Of a stretch of DNA of 43,767 bases, positions 19,097 to 29,530 are shown piece by piece (positions within the stretch are counted from its first letter, which is position 1; every line of letters starts with the position of its first letter). The stretch comes from Candidatus Uhrbacteria bacterium (GTDB taxonomy: Bacteria; Patescibacteriota; Patescibacteriia; UBA9934; GWF2-40-263): positions 1 to 43,767 of the forward strand of contig JAZDEQ010000016.1 in assembly GCA_043808565.1 (NCBI GenBank), in the 5' to 3' direction. The notes beneath the pieces were generated by a model, which saw only the letters and a list, made by a program, of their open reading frames with translations, was not told the origin of the DNA and ran no database searches. The position numbers and the translations under genes are program-made.

Positions 19097-19987
19097 CTAA
19101 TTAGGCATTAAAATTTTCTCAACCACTCGGAGTTTGGCACTGCGGGAACGGGGATTGCTTTTGACCTCCTCCTCGGTGGGCACGATAACGTGTTTATTAA
19201 TTATTTTTATTTCTTTTTGATTGAATTTTTTGAAAACCTTTTTTACTAAACCATCTTCTAAAGAATGAAAGGTAATAACTGCTAATCGTCCGCCGGGTTT
19301 TAAAATTTTAATTATTTCAGGTAAAGCTTTTTCTAATTCTTCAAGTTCATTATTAACCGTGATTCGTAAGGCTTGAAAAACTTTAGTCGCCGGATGGGTT
19401 TTCCCGCGACGCGGTGTCACGGTTTCAATCAATTCAGATAATTCTGTAGTGGTAGAAAATTCTTTTTGATGTCTGGCTTGACCAATGGCTCGAGCTAATT
19501 TTTTGGCGTTTTTTTCTTCACCATAAACCAAGAAAATTCGCGCCAATTCTATTTCTGACCAATGATTAATAATCTCAGTCGCCGTTAATTCACCGTTGGG
19601 ATCATACCTCATGTCAAGTGGTCCTTCAGTTTGGAAAGAAAATCCGCGGGTTGAATCAGCCACATGGACTGAGCTGAAACCCAAGTCCAAAAGCACGGCA
19701 GCAGCGGGAACAAATCCTTGATCATAAGCGAGTTTATTCAAGTTAAGATAAGAATCATTTGCGAAGACCACACGATCACCAAAGTCAACCAAATTTTTTT
19801 GAGCTAAAACTATTTGTCGCGGATCGCGATCAATGGCTAAAAGCCGACCATCTGGCGAAATTTTCGCCAAAATAATTTTGGCATGACCACCAAGACCAAC
19901 CGTGCCATCAATCACCGCATCGCCGTGCCGAAGATTAAGGAGCTCGATGGTTTCCTTTAACATTACTGGGGTGTGACTGAATGACAT
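19097..19987 (-). CDS. rsmH: 16S rRNA m4C1402 methyltransferase
   Basis: HTPVM, DGTVGLGGHA, DLGFSS, RGFSF, PLDMR, HPATKVFQALRI, TFHSLED, NPRSRSAKLR motifs. Confidence 0.97.
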   Translation of the reverse strand: MSFSHTPVMLKETIELLNLRHGDAVIDGTVGLGGHAKIILAKISPDGRLLAIDRDPRQIVLAQKNLVDFGDRVVFANDSYLNLNKLAYDQGFVPAAAVLLDLGFSSVHVADSTRGFSFQTEGPLDMRYDPNGELTATEIINHWSEIELARIFLVYGEEKNAKKLARAIGQARHQKEFSTTTELSELIETVTPRRGKTHPATKVFQALRITVNNELEELEKALPEIIKILKPGGRLAVITFHSLEDGLVKKVFKKFNQKEIKIINKHVIVPTEEEVKSNPRSRSAKLRVVEKILMPN

Positions 19988-19995
19988 AACAACAA

Positions 19996-20088
19996 GTAAA
20001 ACGTAGAACGTAGAAGTCGTAGAAAGCGTAGATTTTTTGTTTTATATTTTTACAAATCTACGTCTTCTACGATTTCTACGTTTTCTAC
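19996..20088. repeat. 9-mer-unit palindrome (CGTAGAAnn / nnTTCTACG)
   Basis: Fills the mraZ-rsmH gap; one arm recurs at 30355-30390. Confidence 0.85.
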
Positions 20089-20095
20089 AAACAAT

Positions 20096-20527
20096 TTAAA
20101 CTCCGAGCTCCCCCATTTGTTCGGCAATCTTTTCAGCGTCGGCTTCGGTGGTTTTTTTATATTCCTTCCACTTGGCCGCGTCCCAAACTTCCAGACGGTT
20201 GTAAAGACCAACGACTACCGCGTTCTTCTCTAACGTCGCGTATTGCCGAAGATATTCCGGCAAAATCACTCTTCCCTGTTTGTCTAATTCCACGTCCATG
20301 GCACCAGCCAACATGAGTCTGGCAAAGGCTCGAGAATTAGACTGCCCCAGGGGCAAACCGGCCAATTTATTGGCCAGCTTATCCCACTCCTCCTTGGGGA
20401 ACAGAAAAAGAGATGAATCAAGTCCACGTGTGATTACCGCTCCTTGAGCCAATTCAGCTCGAAACTTAACTGGCACGGCCAGTCGACCCTTTTCGTCTAC
20501 TGTGTGATGGTATTCACCGATGAACAT
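20096..20527 (-). CDS. mraZ: Division/cell-wall cluster transcriptional repressor MraZ
   Basis: MFIGEYHHTVDEKGRL...LDKQGRV motifs. Confidence 0.98.
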   Translation of the reverse strand: MFIGEYHHTVDEKGRLAVPVKFRAELAQGAVITRGLDSSLFLFPKEEWDKLANKLAGLPLGQSNSRAFARLMLAGAMDVELDKQGRVILPEYLRQYATLEKNAVVVGLYNRLEVWDAAKWKEYKKTTEADAEKIAEQMGELGV

Positions 20528-20568
20528 AACGCGATTTTGGTTTAAGGAAATTTTCCGAAGATTTAGTG

Positions 20569-20664
20569 AAAGGGATATAAGGGGTTAAAGGGGCTGAAGG
20601 GCGGTTTTAAGTTTAAAAATACTCTGCAACCCCTTTTTCCCCTTCGCTCCCTTCAACCCTTAAC
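20569..20664. repeat. 9-mer-unit palindrome (AAGGGGnnn / nnnCCCTT) in the mraZ 5' UTR
   Basis: Read directly. Confidence 0.7.
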
Positions 20665-20706
20665 TTTTTAAAACAAAAGCGAGCATCGGACATTTCAGTC
20701 CAATCC

Positions 20707-20757
20707 CCACTTTTTTCCACCTGCCCCCATTTTATTCCACTTCTAAACCTGCGTCAA
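20707..20757 (-). promoter_or_regulatory. mraZ promoter with overlapping MraZ operator
   Basis: TTGACG (20757-20752), 17 nt, TAAAAT (20734-20729); four (G/A)TGG boxes at exact 10-bp spacing (20707, 20717, 20727, 20737), as in known MraZ operators. Confidence 0.85.
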
Positions 20758-20842
20758 CAATCCATTTCAAAAACAAAAATCGCTTTGCTAAGCGAAAAAA
20801 CGTTTTTTAATAACAGGGGTGTGGATAATGTTGATTCCCCAC

Positions 20843-20928
20843 CGACGACGTAGAATCGACGATCGACAATTTTACGTCGTCGAAAACACCGTCGCACAAC
20901 CGAAGCGATCGCATCGGTTGTGCGACGG
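20843..20928. repeat. Two adjacent 40-bp palindromes centred on CGATCG
   Basis: 20843-20882 (3 mismatches) and 20889-20928 (1 mismatch). Confidence 0.85.
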
Positions 20929-20976
20929 ACTCTTACTTCTAGTACCAAAAATCAGCTAATTTACTATTTCATTTTT

Positions 20977-22092
20977 CTACTCAACCAAAACTGGCAAATC
21001 GCCTTGTTTAAGTCTTGTCACTTCGTCACGACATTTATTTTGAAAGTATTCGTCTGTGTTAAAATTTCTGGCAACAAAATTACAATAATTTTCCTCGCCC
21101 GTCTGCCAAGCAAATACTCGGTAGCAATTAGAAACCGTCCAATCATGAATTTCTTTTTGTTCGGCGTCTTGATCTTTTAAATTTAAACAATATTGTTCTG
21201 TAATTGGTGTTGTCAATTTTTGCACACAAGTATACAGCCCAGCAAATTCTCCTTCGTGCCCACTAAAAGATTTATCGAGGCAATAAAACGGGTCATCTTG
21301 CAGGGCGGCAGTCGTCACGGCACAGGCCAAGATAGCTCGAGAATAATGAAAAGGTTCGTGAGGTATTTTAAAAGACAAAATATCACGGCACGAACCGAAT
21401 TTATTTAATAACCACTCAGCTGATGGTTGGTAAAGATTATAATCAGGATATAAATCATCGGCCGCAGAAAGGAAACAATGAGAATTAATATCATCGGGCA
21501 GATTCATTTCAAAACAAGAAATATTATTTTTCTTGCCCCAAAAATAAAGATACTGACCCAGATAAAAACTGGCTTCGGGTGGTAAGTCGTGATCAGAAAT
21601 ATAGGTGGCAACTTTTTTATATTCAGACAAAGATAAATCTAAAAAATCTGTTTCTACCTCAGGCCTGTTTGAAAAATATCCAACATCAACTAAATGATAA
21701 ATGGCATCCTTGGCAGTAAGACCATAAAAATATGTTTTGTAAGGTTCAGAGTCACCACTAAGGCGACAAGTATTTGCTCGATAGACCGTCAAAAAACCAA
21801 GACTATCTGTTTCGTCTGAAGCTATTTTTTCAAAATTACAAACCGTCCTTTCCGAATCAGATGTTTCCAATGATATCACGGCATCGCAAAGTGATTCTTT
21901 AGTCGTCAAAGAATTTATAGAAAAATTCGTATATTGCTTATTGATTACTGGATACTCAAAACCTTTCTCACTACATATCGGTAAATTAATAGCGACCAAA
22001 AAAATCTTGACCGGATTGACCGGTTGATAAAGAAAATAAATTCCGACAACCACGGCTAGAAACAAACCGATAATAATTAAATATTTTTTCAT
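20977..22092 (-). CDS. Cys-rich membrane-anchored/secreted hypothetical protein
   Basis: MKKYLIIIGLFLAVVVGIYFLY N-terminal anchor; many spaced Cys residues. Confidence 0.8.
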   Translation of the reverse strand: MKKYLIIIGLFLAVVVGIYFLYQPVNPVKIFLVAINLPICSEKGFEYPVINKQYTNFSINSLTTKESLCDAVISLETSDSERTVCNFEKIASDETDSLGFLTVYRANTCRLSGDSEPYKTYFYGLTAKDAIYHLVDVGYFSNRPEVETDFLDLSLSEYKKVATYISDHDLPPEASFYLGQYLYFWGKKNNISCFEMNLPDDINSHCFLSAADDLYPDYNLYQPSAEWLLNKFGSCRDILSFKIPHEPFHYSRAILACAVTTAALQDDPFYCLDKSFSGHEGEFAGLYTCVQKLTTPITEQYCLNLKDQDAEQKEIHDWTVSNCYRVFAWQTGEENYCNFVARNFNTDEYFQNKCRDEVTRLKQGDLPVLVE

Positions 22093-22094
22093 AA

Positions 22095-24020
22095 TTACCA
22101 ATTCACTACACCGTTTTTTATTTCTTCTTGCAAACTTTCATCGCTCCAACTTGCCAATCTCTCCAAAGCCGCAGAATATTCTTCTTCAGTGGCTGGTCGA
22201 GGAAAATAACCGTCAATTTTGGCTGGTAAAAGTTCGACTGATTTCTCTTCTCCGTTCCAACCAAGACGGACTACCAGGGATTCGTTTTCATCTTCACCAA
22301 ATTGGTCAAAAATAAAATTTCCCAGTGAGTAAAAAATCAATCCGTCTTTATATTTTTCAATACCTTCCAAAACGTGCGGATGGTGACCGATAATTACGTC
22401 AGCTCCGGCGTCGATGGCGGCGTGGGCTAATTCGACTTGCTGGCTGGTTGGTTTATGTTGGTACTCATTACCCCAATGAAAAGAAACCAAAATCAGGTCA
22501 GCTTGATTTTTTAAAGGTGAAATAATTTCCGTCAAAGTCGTGGTAGCCATTTTCCAAATTGTCGTATCAAAAGCTAAAAAAGCCAGACGCTGCCCAGCGG
22601 CTTCGGCAAAAACTGGTGCCCCGTCGTTTCCATAACCACCAACCGGCTCAACTCCACCTGCCTTCAGATAAATCAACGATTCGTCCCAAGCCGCCCGACC
22701 GTAATCGCCGATATGATTATTGGTCACGGAAACATGGGTCATGCCAAAATAATTTAAAACATCAATCCGCGCTGGGTCGGCTTTAAAACGAATTTCTTTG
22801 CTACTTTCCATGGTCGAAGTAGACAAAACACTTTCAAGGTTAGCAAAAACCAAATCACTGTTTGCCAGTGATGGCGCAATTTTAGAAAAAGCCTCATCAA
22901 CTGAAACTCTTTTTAATTTACCGCCAACCGCTCGCGACAGCATTACATCGCCAACCAGAGAAATCATAAATGGTTTCTCGCGGGCTGGCGCAAAAAAAAT
23001 CATATAACTTGTCCCCGGTTCATTGGTTTCTCCAGTTACCTCTCCACTGTGACTGTGCCAAATCAATTCATTGTCCCAATTATTTTTTTCTGACCACAAA
23101 AGAAAACTATCTAAAACAAATGGCGAGTCTAAGAAAGTTTCATTTAAAACATCGATTTTGCCATAATCACGAAAGTTCATTAACTGCCGCACAGTCTCAT
23201 CGTTTTTAAAAGCGGCTTCAGTGGCCAAACCATGAGAAAAATCCAGACTAAAAATTATCAAAGCGTCAGCTGGTAAATTTTGTTCCAAAGTCGAAACCAA
23301 AGCTCGAGCTTCTTTTTCTCCAGCCTTTGATTTGGCAATAATTGGAACGATGGGCACATCTGGGAAGGTCTTGGCAATAAAAGGAATGAAAGTACCAACT
23401 GAATGTTCATTGTCAAAAGACGACGGTTCGTCCTTTACAATTCCGCTAGAAACCAAAGTCGAAACTATTTCGTCAGAAGTTTTCACTATACCAAAATCAG
23501 TTTGATAATCGTTTGAAGTTGTTTGAATTAGAGCGTCGCCTTGATTTTCATGAGCCGCACCAACAACAACAATGACCGATGGCTCGGGATTATTTTCTAT
23601 TATTTTTTGCCAATGTTCAGCGAGTTGTGAGGCCAGGAGAGTGTGGTGAGGGAGGATGGCGGATTTAATTTCCTCGCCGTTCATGCCCTCACTTCCCGAC
23701 TTCTCGTCAACCGCCTTACACCTCACCCCCTGCCCCTCTCCTTCGTCCGCCGTCGCCAGGGCTTTGGCGGACAAGCAAAGAGAAGTGGGAATCATATCGG
23801 CGGCGGCGGTGTAAATTTCTCGGAGGCCGCTGATTTGGGAAATGTCGATTAGAGGTTCGGGGTCTAACCCCCTCTGTATCTCCCCCTTGTTAAAACCTGG
23901 AAGGGGGAGATGAAAAATATTGATTATGGCTAAAATAAAAATAATCAAAAAACCAAAAAACAAACACCACGTTTTTTTGGTTTTAATTTTTTGAAGAAAA
24001 TTACATTTTAGATTGTCCAT
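22095..24020 (-). CDS. Membrane-anchored AmmeMemoRadiSam protein B (MEMO1-like) + CapA/PGA_cap metallophosphatase fusion
   Basis: ILPHH, EHS, SLDFSH (MEMO); GDVML, NLES, NNHIGDYG, HWGNEY, GHHPHV, YSLGNF (CapA). Start placed at ATG 24020. Confidence 0.88.
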   Translation of the reverse strand: MDNLKCNFLQKIKTKKTWCLFFGFLIIFILAIINIFHLPLPGFNKGEIQRGLDPEPLIDISQISGLREIYTAAADMIPTSLCLSAKALATADEGEGQGVRCKAVDEKSGSEGMNGEEIKSAILPHHTLLASQLAEHWQKIIENNPEPSVIVVVGAAHENQGDALIQTTSNDYQTDFGIVKTSDEIVSTLVSSGIVKDEPSSFDNEHSVGTFIPFIAKTFPDVPIVPIIAKSKAGEKEARALVSTLEQNLPADALIIFSLDFSHGLATEAAFKNDETVRQLMNFRDYGKIDVLNETFLDSPFVLDSFLLWSEKNNWDNELIWHSHSGEVTGETNEPGTSYMIFFAPAREKPFMISLVGDVMLSRAVGGKLKRVSVDEAFSKIAPSLANSDLVFANLESVLSTSTMESSKEIRFKADPARIDVLNYFGMTHVSVTNNHIGDYGRAAWDESLIYLKAGGVEPVGGYGNDGAPVFAEAAGQRLAFLAFDTTIWKMATTTLTEIISPLKNQADLILVSFHWGNEYQHKPTSQQVELAHAAIDAGADVIIGHHPHVLEGIEKYKDGLIFYSLGNFIFDQFGEDENESLVVRLGWNGEEKSVELLPAKIDGYFPRPATEEEYSAALERLASWSDESLQEEIKNGVVNW

Positions 24021-24037
24021 AAAATCGGAAGTTACTG

Positions 24038-24078
24038 GATTGCCACGTCGTTCCGAGGCGTCACTCCTCGCAATGACG
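24038..24078. repeat. Half copy of family C element
   Basis: GATTGCCACGTCG…CTCCTCGCAATGACG, as in 29599-29670. Confidence 0.85.
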
Positions 24079-24142
24079 GAGTGGTCGTGGATTGGCCGAA
24101 GAAAAAAACGAAAGAAGAGGGTCAAATCAGACCCTCTTCAGA

Positions 24143-27100
24143 TTATTCATTAATTGTCATCGCTGTTTCAATTGAATGATTGTTATCGTTCGGATCACGA
24201 ACCGAACGAATGTAGACTGGTTCGGCCATATAAGTACCTGGTGTTACAACACGAGCATAATAAGTCAGAGTGTAAGGCTCGCACCAATCACGACCAAACT
24301 CTTCGCTGTTGCTGACAAAGAAAGTCACGCGTTGGCTTTCAGCGACCGAAGGATAATTCACACACTTTTCTTCCCACAACCAATTTCCAACCGGGGTCAC
24401 CAGAGACAAACCAGACGGCAGAACATCAGTAATTTCAAAAGTCTCAAAAACATTTTTATCTGGCTCAGGAATTACTTCTTCTTTGAGTGGAACATCCCAA
24501 AGCGAATCACCTTGAGTTGTCTGTTCCGGACCAGTGTTATCAATAATCAAGTTTGGATTTTTAACTACCGGAACTTTAAATTTCACTTCGACCTTAACCA
24601 AATCGCCAGCCTTAATCGCTTGACCGGGCTGACCGCCAACAACTGAATAGCTTCGAGCTAAACCAAGTTTCTCATTAACCACCGCATTGTCATCAACCAA
24701 CGGCGAGTCAAAACGACTAACCGCCACCACACTGCCCTTTTGAACTTCAGGATTAAACGCAACTAATTCATCTGGCGATAACGCCAGGGTTACCGTTTCA
24801 TTATTTTCCAAAGTCAATTCCCGACGCTCACCCTCAAGCGTATAGGCAACTTTTACCTCACTGTCTTTCAAAGACTTAATCGCTTCTTTAATAAACAAAG
24901 CTTGATCAAGCACCAAAAGCGTACTGCCTTGGTATTGATTAGTCACATAATCATGCAAAGCGTCACGATCACTTTCACGTAAAGCCGCGGCCAAAATGGC
25001 CATTAAAGCCGTTTGTTCACCTTGGGTTTCAATATCATCGGCCGGCAAATAGGCATAACCAAAATCTTTATTCACGCCCTTAATCAAGTCTCGATAAATC
25101 GCTCGTGCTCCTTCATCAGCGCCAGAAAAATGCAAAGCTAAAGACAAGAATAATTTTTCATTTGTCGACAAATCATTTTCTGCGGTTAATCGCTGGACTT
25201 CAGATAAAACTGGTTCGCCCAGAGCGGCCATGGCGGCATAGGCCTTAATGGCTTCTTCACGGCCAACTTCCATGCCACTTTGTCGACTGTAGTAAAGCAT
25301 GTTACCAAAATAATTTTTAAGGCTATCTTGATCAAAAGGTGTACCGCCAGCCAGAGCTACCTTGACCGAAGTATCAAAATCCGTGTCACCGTAAGGCAAA
25401 AGTCTGACGCCCTGATCTTGATAAGATGAAACCGAAAATTCTGAATCAGAATTTTGTTCACCAAATTTTTCATTCAAAATTTTTGTGGCCACGGCTTGGG
25501 TCATAATTTCGTCAGCTCGGTTGCCAAAACTGCCAGCCAAATAACTTAACTCCGAATAATATTTTCCAGCTCCACCATCAATAAAAGTCACTTTGGTTAA
25601 ACCATTGGCCGAACCGGAAATTTTTTCTTGACCACCAAGTATTACACTGGAAACTACTGGCTTCACCAAATACGAAGGCAGAATTTCAATCGACCGAGTG
25701 ATCGTATCGGTTAAATTACCAGACGAACCAGTAATCGTTATCTCGTGTTGGCCTTCAGAAAGTTTTGGTAAGGTTAAGCCAACAGTTTTGGCGACCGTGG
25801 AAATTTCTTTTTTCTCAATATCAGCATCAGGAATCGAAATGGTATATTCGACCGGATCATTCAAACCAACGTTAACTCCAGCACTACGGATGAGAACCGT
25901 TGGTTGATCATCAACTAAATAATTTTCCCGCATAACTGGCACAACAAAGAATGGCATGGAAGCCTCAAGATTTATTTTAATGTCACCGGCCATTTTTTCT
26001 TGAGAATTTAAGGCTTGGGCCGTGACTCGCCAGGAAGTAATATTATCAGGCAGTTTGAAAGAATAATTCGCCCGACCATTTTTGTCGGTTTCAATAGTGA
26101 CAAAATCAGCAGTGTCTTTAAACAAAGCTCGTCCACGTTCGCCGCCACCACCACCTTCGGCCAGACTGGTGGTCGCAAAGTCTTTAATGTTTTCACTAAC
26201 CTTGGTCATCAAAACTCCAGAACTAACATTTTGATAAAGATCGCTCAACGGATGAACATCTTCACCCACCAAGGCATAAAAAGCTTCGTCAACAACATTT
26301 AAATTGACTTCAGCGACTACTGGCTGATCGTCTTTATTAGTCACGACAACGTTTAAACTAACATCTTCACCAGGTCGATAAGTTTCCTTGTCAGCCTTAA
26401 CTTCAACTTTTAATTCTTTTTCTGAATTGTCATACCAAACGTAAAGACCGTTAGCCGAACCTGATCCACCGCCATACCGATCATTAACTTGAGCATAAGC
26501 TTGACCATCAAAATACACTCCATAAACTTCAAGATTAGGAACCAAAGCTTGGTCAAAATTAAAAGAATAAGCACTACTTTTCATCACAGAAATCTGTTGA
26601 ATGCCTTGACGGGCTTGGAAGTAAAGAAAATTACCATTTTCTCCTAAAGAAAAGGGGGCGTCTTCTTTAAAAACCTGTAAATGAACCGGGTCGTTTATTT
26701 TATAACCGGGAAAGCCTGGGTTATTTTCTGCTTCTAAATTTTTCAATTGTAATGATTTGTCGTCTTTAGCTTCAATACCCCGATTCCAAAGATAGGCATC
26801 TAATTTATCGGTCTTTCCCGCTTCATCACTGGCTCGTAAAATAACTCGATAACTAGCTTCAGGGTTGGCTGAAAAAGTATAAAATGCTTCGCCGTTATTA
26901 TCAGTAATTAAAGAAAAATCTTTAATTTTATTTTCTATTCGATCGTATTGATATTGAGTGACAGTTTCCTTACGAATAAAATCATATGTTGTGCCTGATT
27001 CTGTTTTAACATAAGTAATTTCTCGAAGCTCGCCATTAATCAATTGACTCGGCTTAACAATGGGAGCAAAAATTTCGGCATCATAAGAATCAATTGCTTG

Positions 27101-29440
27101 AACATTTCTGGTGGTTACTTTAATTGTCCCAACCCCATCTTTGATTCCGGATGCGTCCCAATCTTCCTGAAGATAAACCTTAGGGCCAAAAACCATTAGG
27201 TTTGTGCTAGCCTGAATATTAGCCTCTTCGGCTCGGGCGGGATAAACATTTAACCAATAAGAATTTGGGTAACGGTAATCGATTGCCGAATAAGAAATCA
27301 TCACATTACCTCGGGCATTACCCGCCGCATCAAGAGTTAGTTCTTGATTGCCAGCTCCAGTTTCCACCACCACTGGTAAACCGTTAACCGGAGTGCCGTC
27401 GAAAAACTCTCCGTGAATCATATAGCCGACACTCTCGCCGGCAAAGACGGCGTCTTTGTCTGTTTCAATTGAAAGTGAAAAAGCTGGTTTAACATATTCA
27501 GAAACTGAAACACCTCGTGATCTAATGATTTCGTCATCAACTTTTACTTGAACATCATAATAACCAGCTGGCACAGCCTCGAGAGATAATTCGCCCTCAA
27601 AAGTTCCTTGATCAGAAACCTCAATCACTGTTTCGTCAAAAATCAAACGATTTTGATCCGAAAAATCACAACTAAATGGCGAGCACCAACCATTTTCACC
27701 AATAATCACCCGAACGGTTTTTGGTTTAGTGCCATTTGCACGATTTTCTACATAACCCCAAAGTTTAATAGTATCGTTTGGTTTATACATTGGTCGATCG
27801 GTATAAAGATATGACCAATTTTGTTCGTATGGTTGAACCAGTGGTGTGCTTGTCTGATTTTCAAAATTACGAAAATCATAATTACCATCTAGTGGTAAAA
27901 TAATCGCTTCAGAACCAATTCGAACTTCCAATAAATCACGTTGAGAATATTCTTCAGAAGATAAATCGGCCGGTGTATTTAAAGAAGCTAAACCATTTTC
28001 ATCAGTTGTTTTTAAAGTCTCATCAAAATCAATAAATTTAACACTGGTGCCGGCCAAAGGACCATGAGTTTCTGCACTATTCACCCAAACCAAGGTCTGA
28101 TTGATGGCTTTGGCAGCATAAGCTGTGACCTGACTCGACTCGATAAGCGCAAAATGTTTTTGTCCGTCGTAAGTAAAAACCGCGACATAATAACCTCGAG
28201 GTAGTGGGGCTGGGAACAAAAGATAATCACGATATTCGCTTTGAACACGACTGGCTTCAAAAGAGGCTGTCACCGGCATTTTCGCTAAATCAACCACCCC
28301 TTCGGCTGAAGTATAGGCTGTCCAATCAGCATCACGAGTTTTTTTATAGGCAACTAAATATTGTTGATAGTCAGAAGTCTCGGCCGCGGAAATAAATTGA
28401 TGAACTTCAACTTTAACCGGCGGATCTGGTTGGCCATCATTGCGCCAAATAGAATAATTTACCGCCACCGTGTCATTAGGTGTAGTAATAATATATTTGT
28501 CATCGAGCCAAAAAGAAAAGCCGGGGTTCGTATCGCCTTGATTGGTTTCAAAAGTAAAAGTGTAATCATTGCCCAAAGTTTCATCACTCCCTTTTAAGCC
28601 AAGCGCGCCAGATAAAGTGGCTGTATAAACGGTTTTGGTTTTTAATTTTTCCTCAGGCACAAAAACAAAAGTTTTACGAAACTGTTCTACATGACCTTTG
28701 ACTGCCGGCAAAATCGTAAAAGCTTTTTCGAAATCTTTTAAATTAATGTTTTCGTAATTAAAACTTATCTCAATGCCAGTTTCAATTGGCACTTCGCCTT
28801 GATGATTGCCTGGTAAAGTTCCAACGATACGAAAAGGACTCTTAACTTGAAAAGCCCAATTATATGGACGCTCAACCGTTTCTCCGGTTAGTGAAGTGGT
28901 CTCAGAGTTTAAAGAAAAAGTTACAACTTTAGCCACGGGTAAAGTTTCGTTAAAAGCAATTCGTACTTTATTAGCCGAAACTTGTTGCAGATCGTAATCA
29001 ACCCCAGTGTTGGTGACTAGATTTTTTTGAACAAAATTTGTGTCGATTTTATCTTTACTTTCTAAAAGAAAAGCAGAATTATTTTCCACGCCAAGCGAAT
29101 CAGCCGCTTCGGCAACTAAAGTAAAATTATCCTGGGCATAAACGGTTTTAATGCCAAAAAACGGTTGGAAAATTGTGGTGGTAATAACAGCGACCACCAG
29201 AACAGTTAAGCCAAAAGCGGCCCATTTGGCACCAAGTCTTTCCTTATCGAAAAAAGGCAAAGACCAACGAAATGTCTTAGACATAGAAACGGCCTGCCGG
29301 GCGGCTTGTAAGCGGGCAAAAAGCGCCTCTTTAAAGCCAGGCCGCGGCATAATATTTACAGATTTAAGGTGACGAGAAAAAACCTCGTCTAATTCTGTAA
29401 ACGAACCGTCGGTTTTTTTATTACGATTAAAAGGAAACAT
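24143..29440 (-). CDS. Membrane-anchored alpha-2-macroglobulin-family protein with N-terminal Ig-like (Big_5-like) domains; no thioester motif
   Basis: YLYTDRPMYKP (MG2), EYVKP, YRPGE..VVDEA, FKDTA.F..LPDNITSWRVTA (A2M), DVLPSGL, YYARVVTPG.Y.AEP; no CxEQ anywhere. Confidence 0.9.
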   Translation of the reverse strand: MFPFNRNKKTDGSFTELDEVFSRHLKSVNIMPRPGFKEALFARLQAARQAVSMSKTFRWSLPFFDKERLGAKWAAFGLTVLVVAVITTTIFQPFFGIKTVYAQDNFTLVAEAADSLGVENNSAFLLESKDKIDTNFVQKNLVTNTGVDYDLQQVSANKVRIAFNETLPVAKVVTFSLNSETTSLTGETVERPYNWAFQVKSPFRIVGTLPGNHQGEVPIETGIEISFNYENINLKDFEKAFTILPAVKGHVEQFRKTFVFVPEEKLKTKTVYTATLSGALGLKGSDETLGNDYTFTFETNQGDTNPGFSFWLDDKYIITTPNDTVAVNYSIWRNDGQPDPPVKVEVHQFISAAETSDYQQYLVAYKKTRDADWTAYTSAEGVVDLAKMPVTASFEASRVQSEYRDYLLFPAPLPRGYYVAVFTYDGQKHFALIESSQVTAYAAKAINQTLVWVNSAETHGPLAGTSVKFIDFDETLKTTDENGLASLNTPADLSSEEYSQRDLLEVRIGSEAIILPLDGNYDFRNFENQTSTPLVQPYEQNWSYLYTDRPMYKPNDTIKLWGYVENRANGTKPKTVRVIIGENGWCSPFSCDFSDQNRLIFDETVIEVSDQGTFEGELSLEAVPAGYYDVQVKVDDEIIRSRGVSVSEYVKPAFSLSIETDKDAVFAGESVGYMIHGEFFDGTPVNGLPVVVETGAGNQELTLDAAGNARGNVMISYSAIDYRYPNSYWLNVYPARAEEANIQASTNLMVFGPKVYLQEDWDASGIKDGVGTIKVTTRNVQAIDSYDAEIFAPIVKPSQLINGELREITYVKTESGTTYDFIRKETVTQYQYDRIENKIKDFSLITDNNGEAFYTFSANPEASYRVILRASDEAGKTDKLDAYLWNRGIEAKDDKSLQLKNLEAENNPGFPGYKINDPVHLQVFKEDAPFSLGENGNFLYFQARQGIQQISVMKSSAYSFNFDQALVPNLEVYGVYFDGQAYAQVNDRYGGGSGSANGLYVWYDNSEKELKVEVKADKETYRPGEDVSLNVVVTNKDDQPVVAEVNLNVVDEAFYALVGEDVHPLSDLYQNVSSGVLMTKVSENIKDFATTSLAEGGGGGERGRALFKDTADFVTIETDKNGRANYSFKLPDNITSWRVTAQALNSQEKMAGDIKINLEASMPFFVVPVMRENYLVDDQPTVLIRSAGVNVGLNDPVEYTISIPDADIEKKEISTVAKTVGLTLPKLSEGQHEITITGSSGNLTDTITRSIEILPSYLVKPVVSSVILGGQEKISGSANGLTKVTFIDGGAGKYYSELSYLAGSFGNRADEIMTQAVATKILNEKFGEQNSDSEFSVSSYQDQGVRLLPYGDTDFDTSVKVALAGGTPFDQDSLKNYFGNMLYYSRQSGMEVGREEAIKAYAAMAALGEPVLSEVQRLTAENDLSTNEKLFLSLALHFSGADEGARAIYRDLIKGVNKDFGYAYLPADDIETQGEQTALMAILAAALRESDRDALHDYVTNQYQGSTLLVLDQALFIKEAIKSLKDSEVKVAYTLEGERRELTLENNETVTLALSPDELVAFNPEVQKGSVVAVSRFDSPLVDDNAVVNEKLGLARSYSVVGGQPGQAIKAGDLVKVEVKFKVPVVKNPNLIIDNTGPEQTTQGDSLWDVPLKEEVIPEPDKNVFETFEITDVLPSGLSLVTPVGNWLWEEKCVNYPSVAESQRVTFFVSNSEEFGRDWCEPYTLTYYARVVTPGTYMAEPVYIRSVRDPNDNNHSIETAMTINE

Positions 29441-29442
29441 AT

Positions 29443-29483
29443 GTTACGAATTACGAATTTTTCCGAAATCACGAATCAACGAA
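29443..29483. repeat. Degenerate single arm of family A
   Basis: GTTACGAATTACGAA… starts 2 nt from the A2M start codon. Confidence 0.7.
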
Positions 29484-29530
29484 TTATTATGAATTTATTT
29501 TTTAAACTTAGACGGCGGTTCTCTGCCCGC

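Noticed and set aside
20754-20948. 64-aa ORF upstream of mraZ
   Set aside because: It is a translation of the two CGATCG palindromes and promoter DNA.
24021-24125. N-terminal extension of the MEMO1-CapA ORF (similarly 18995-19045, 30276-30437, 35774-35836, 36291-36350)
   Set aside because: These are translations of palindromic repeats or overlaps with neighbouring genes rather than protein-like sequence.
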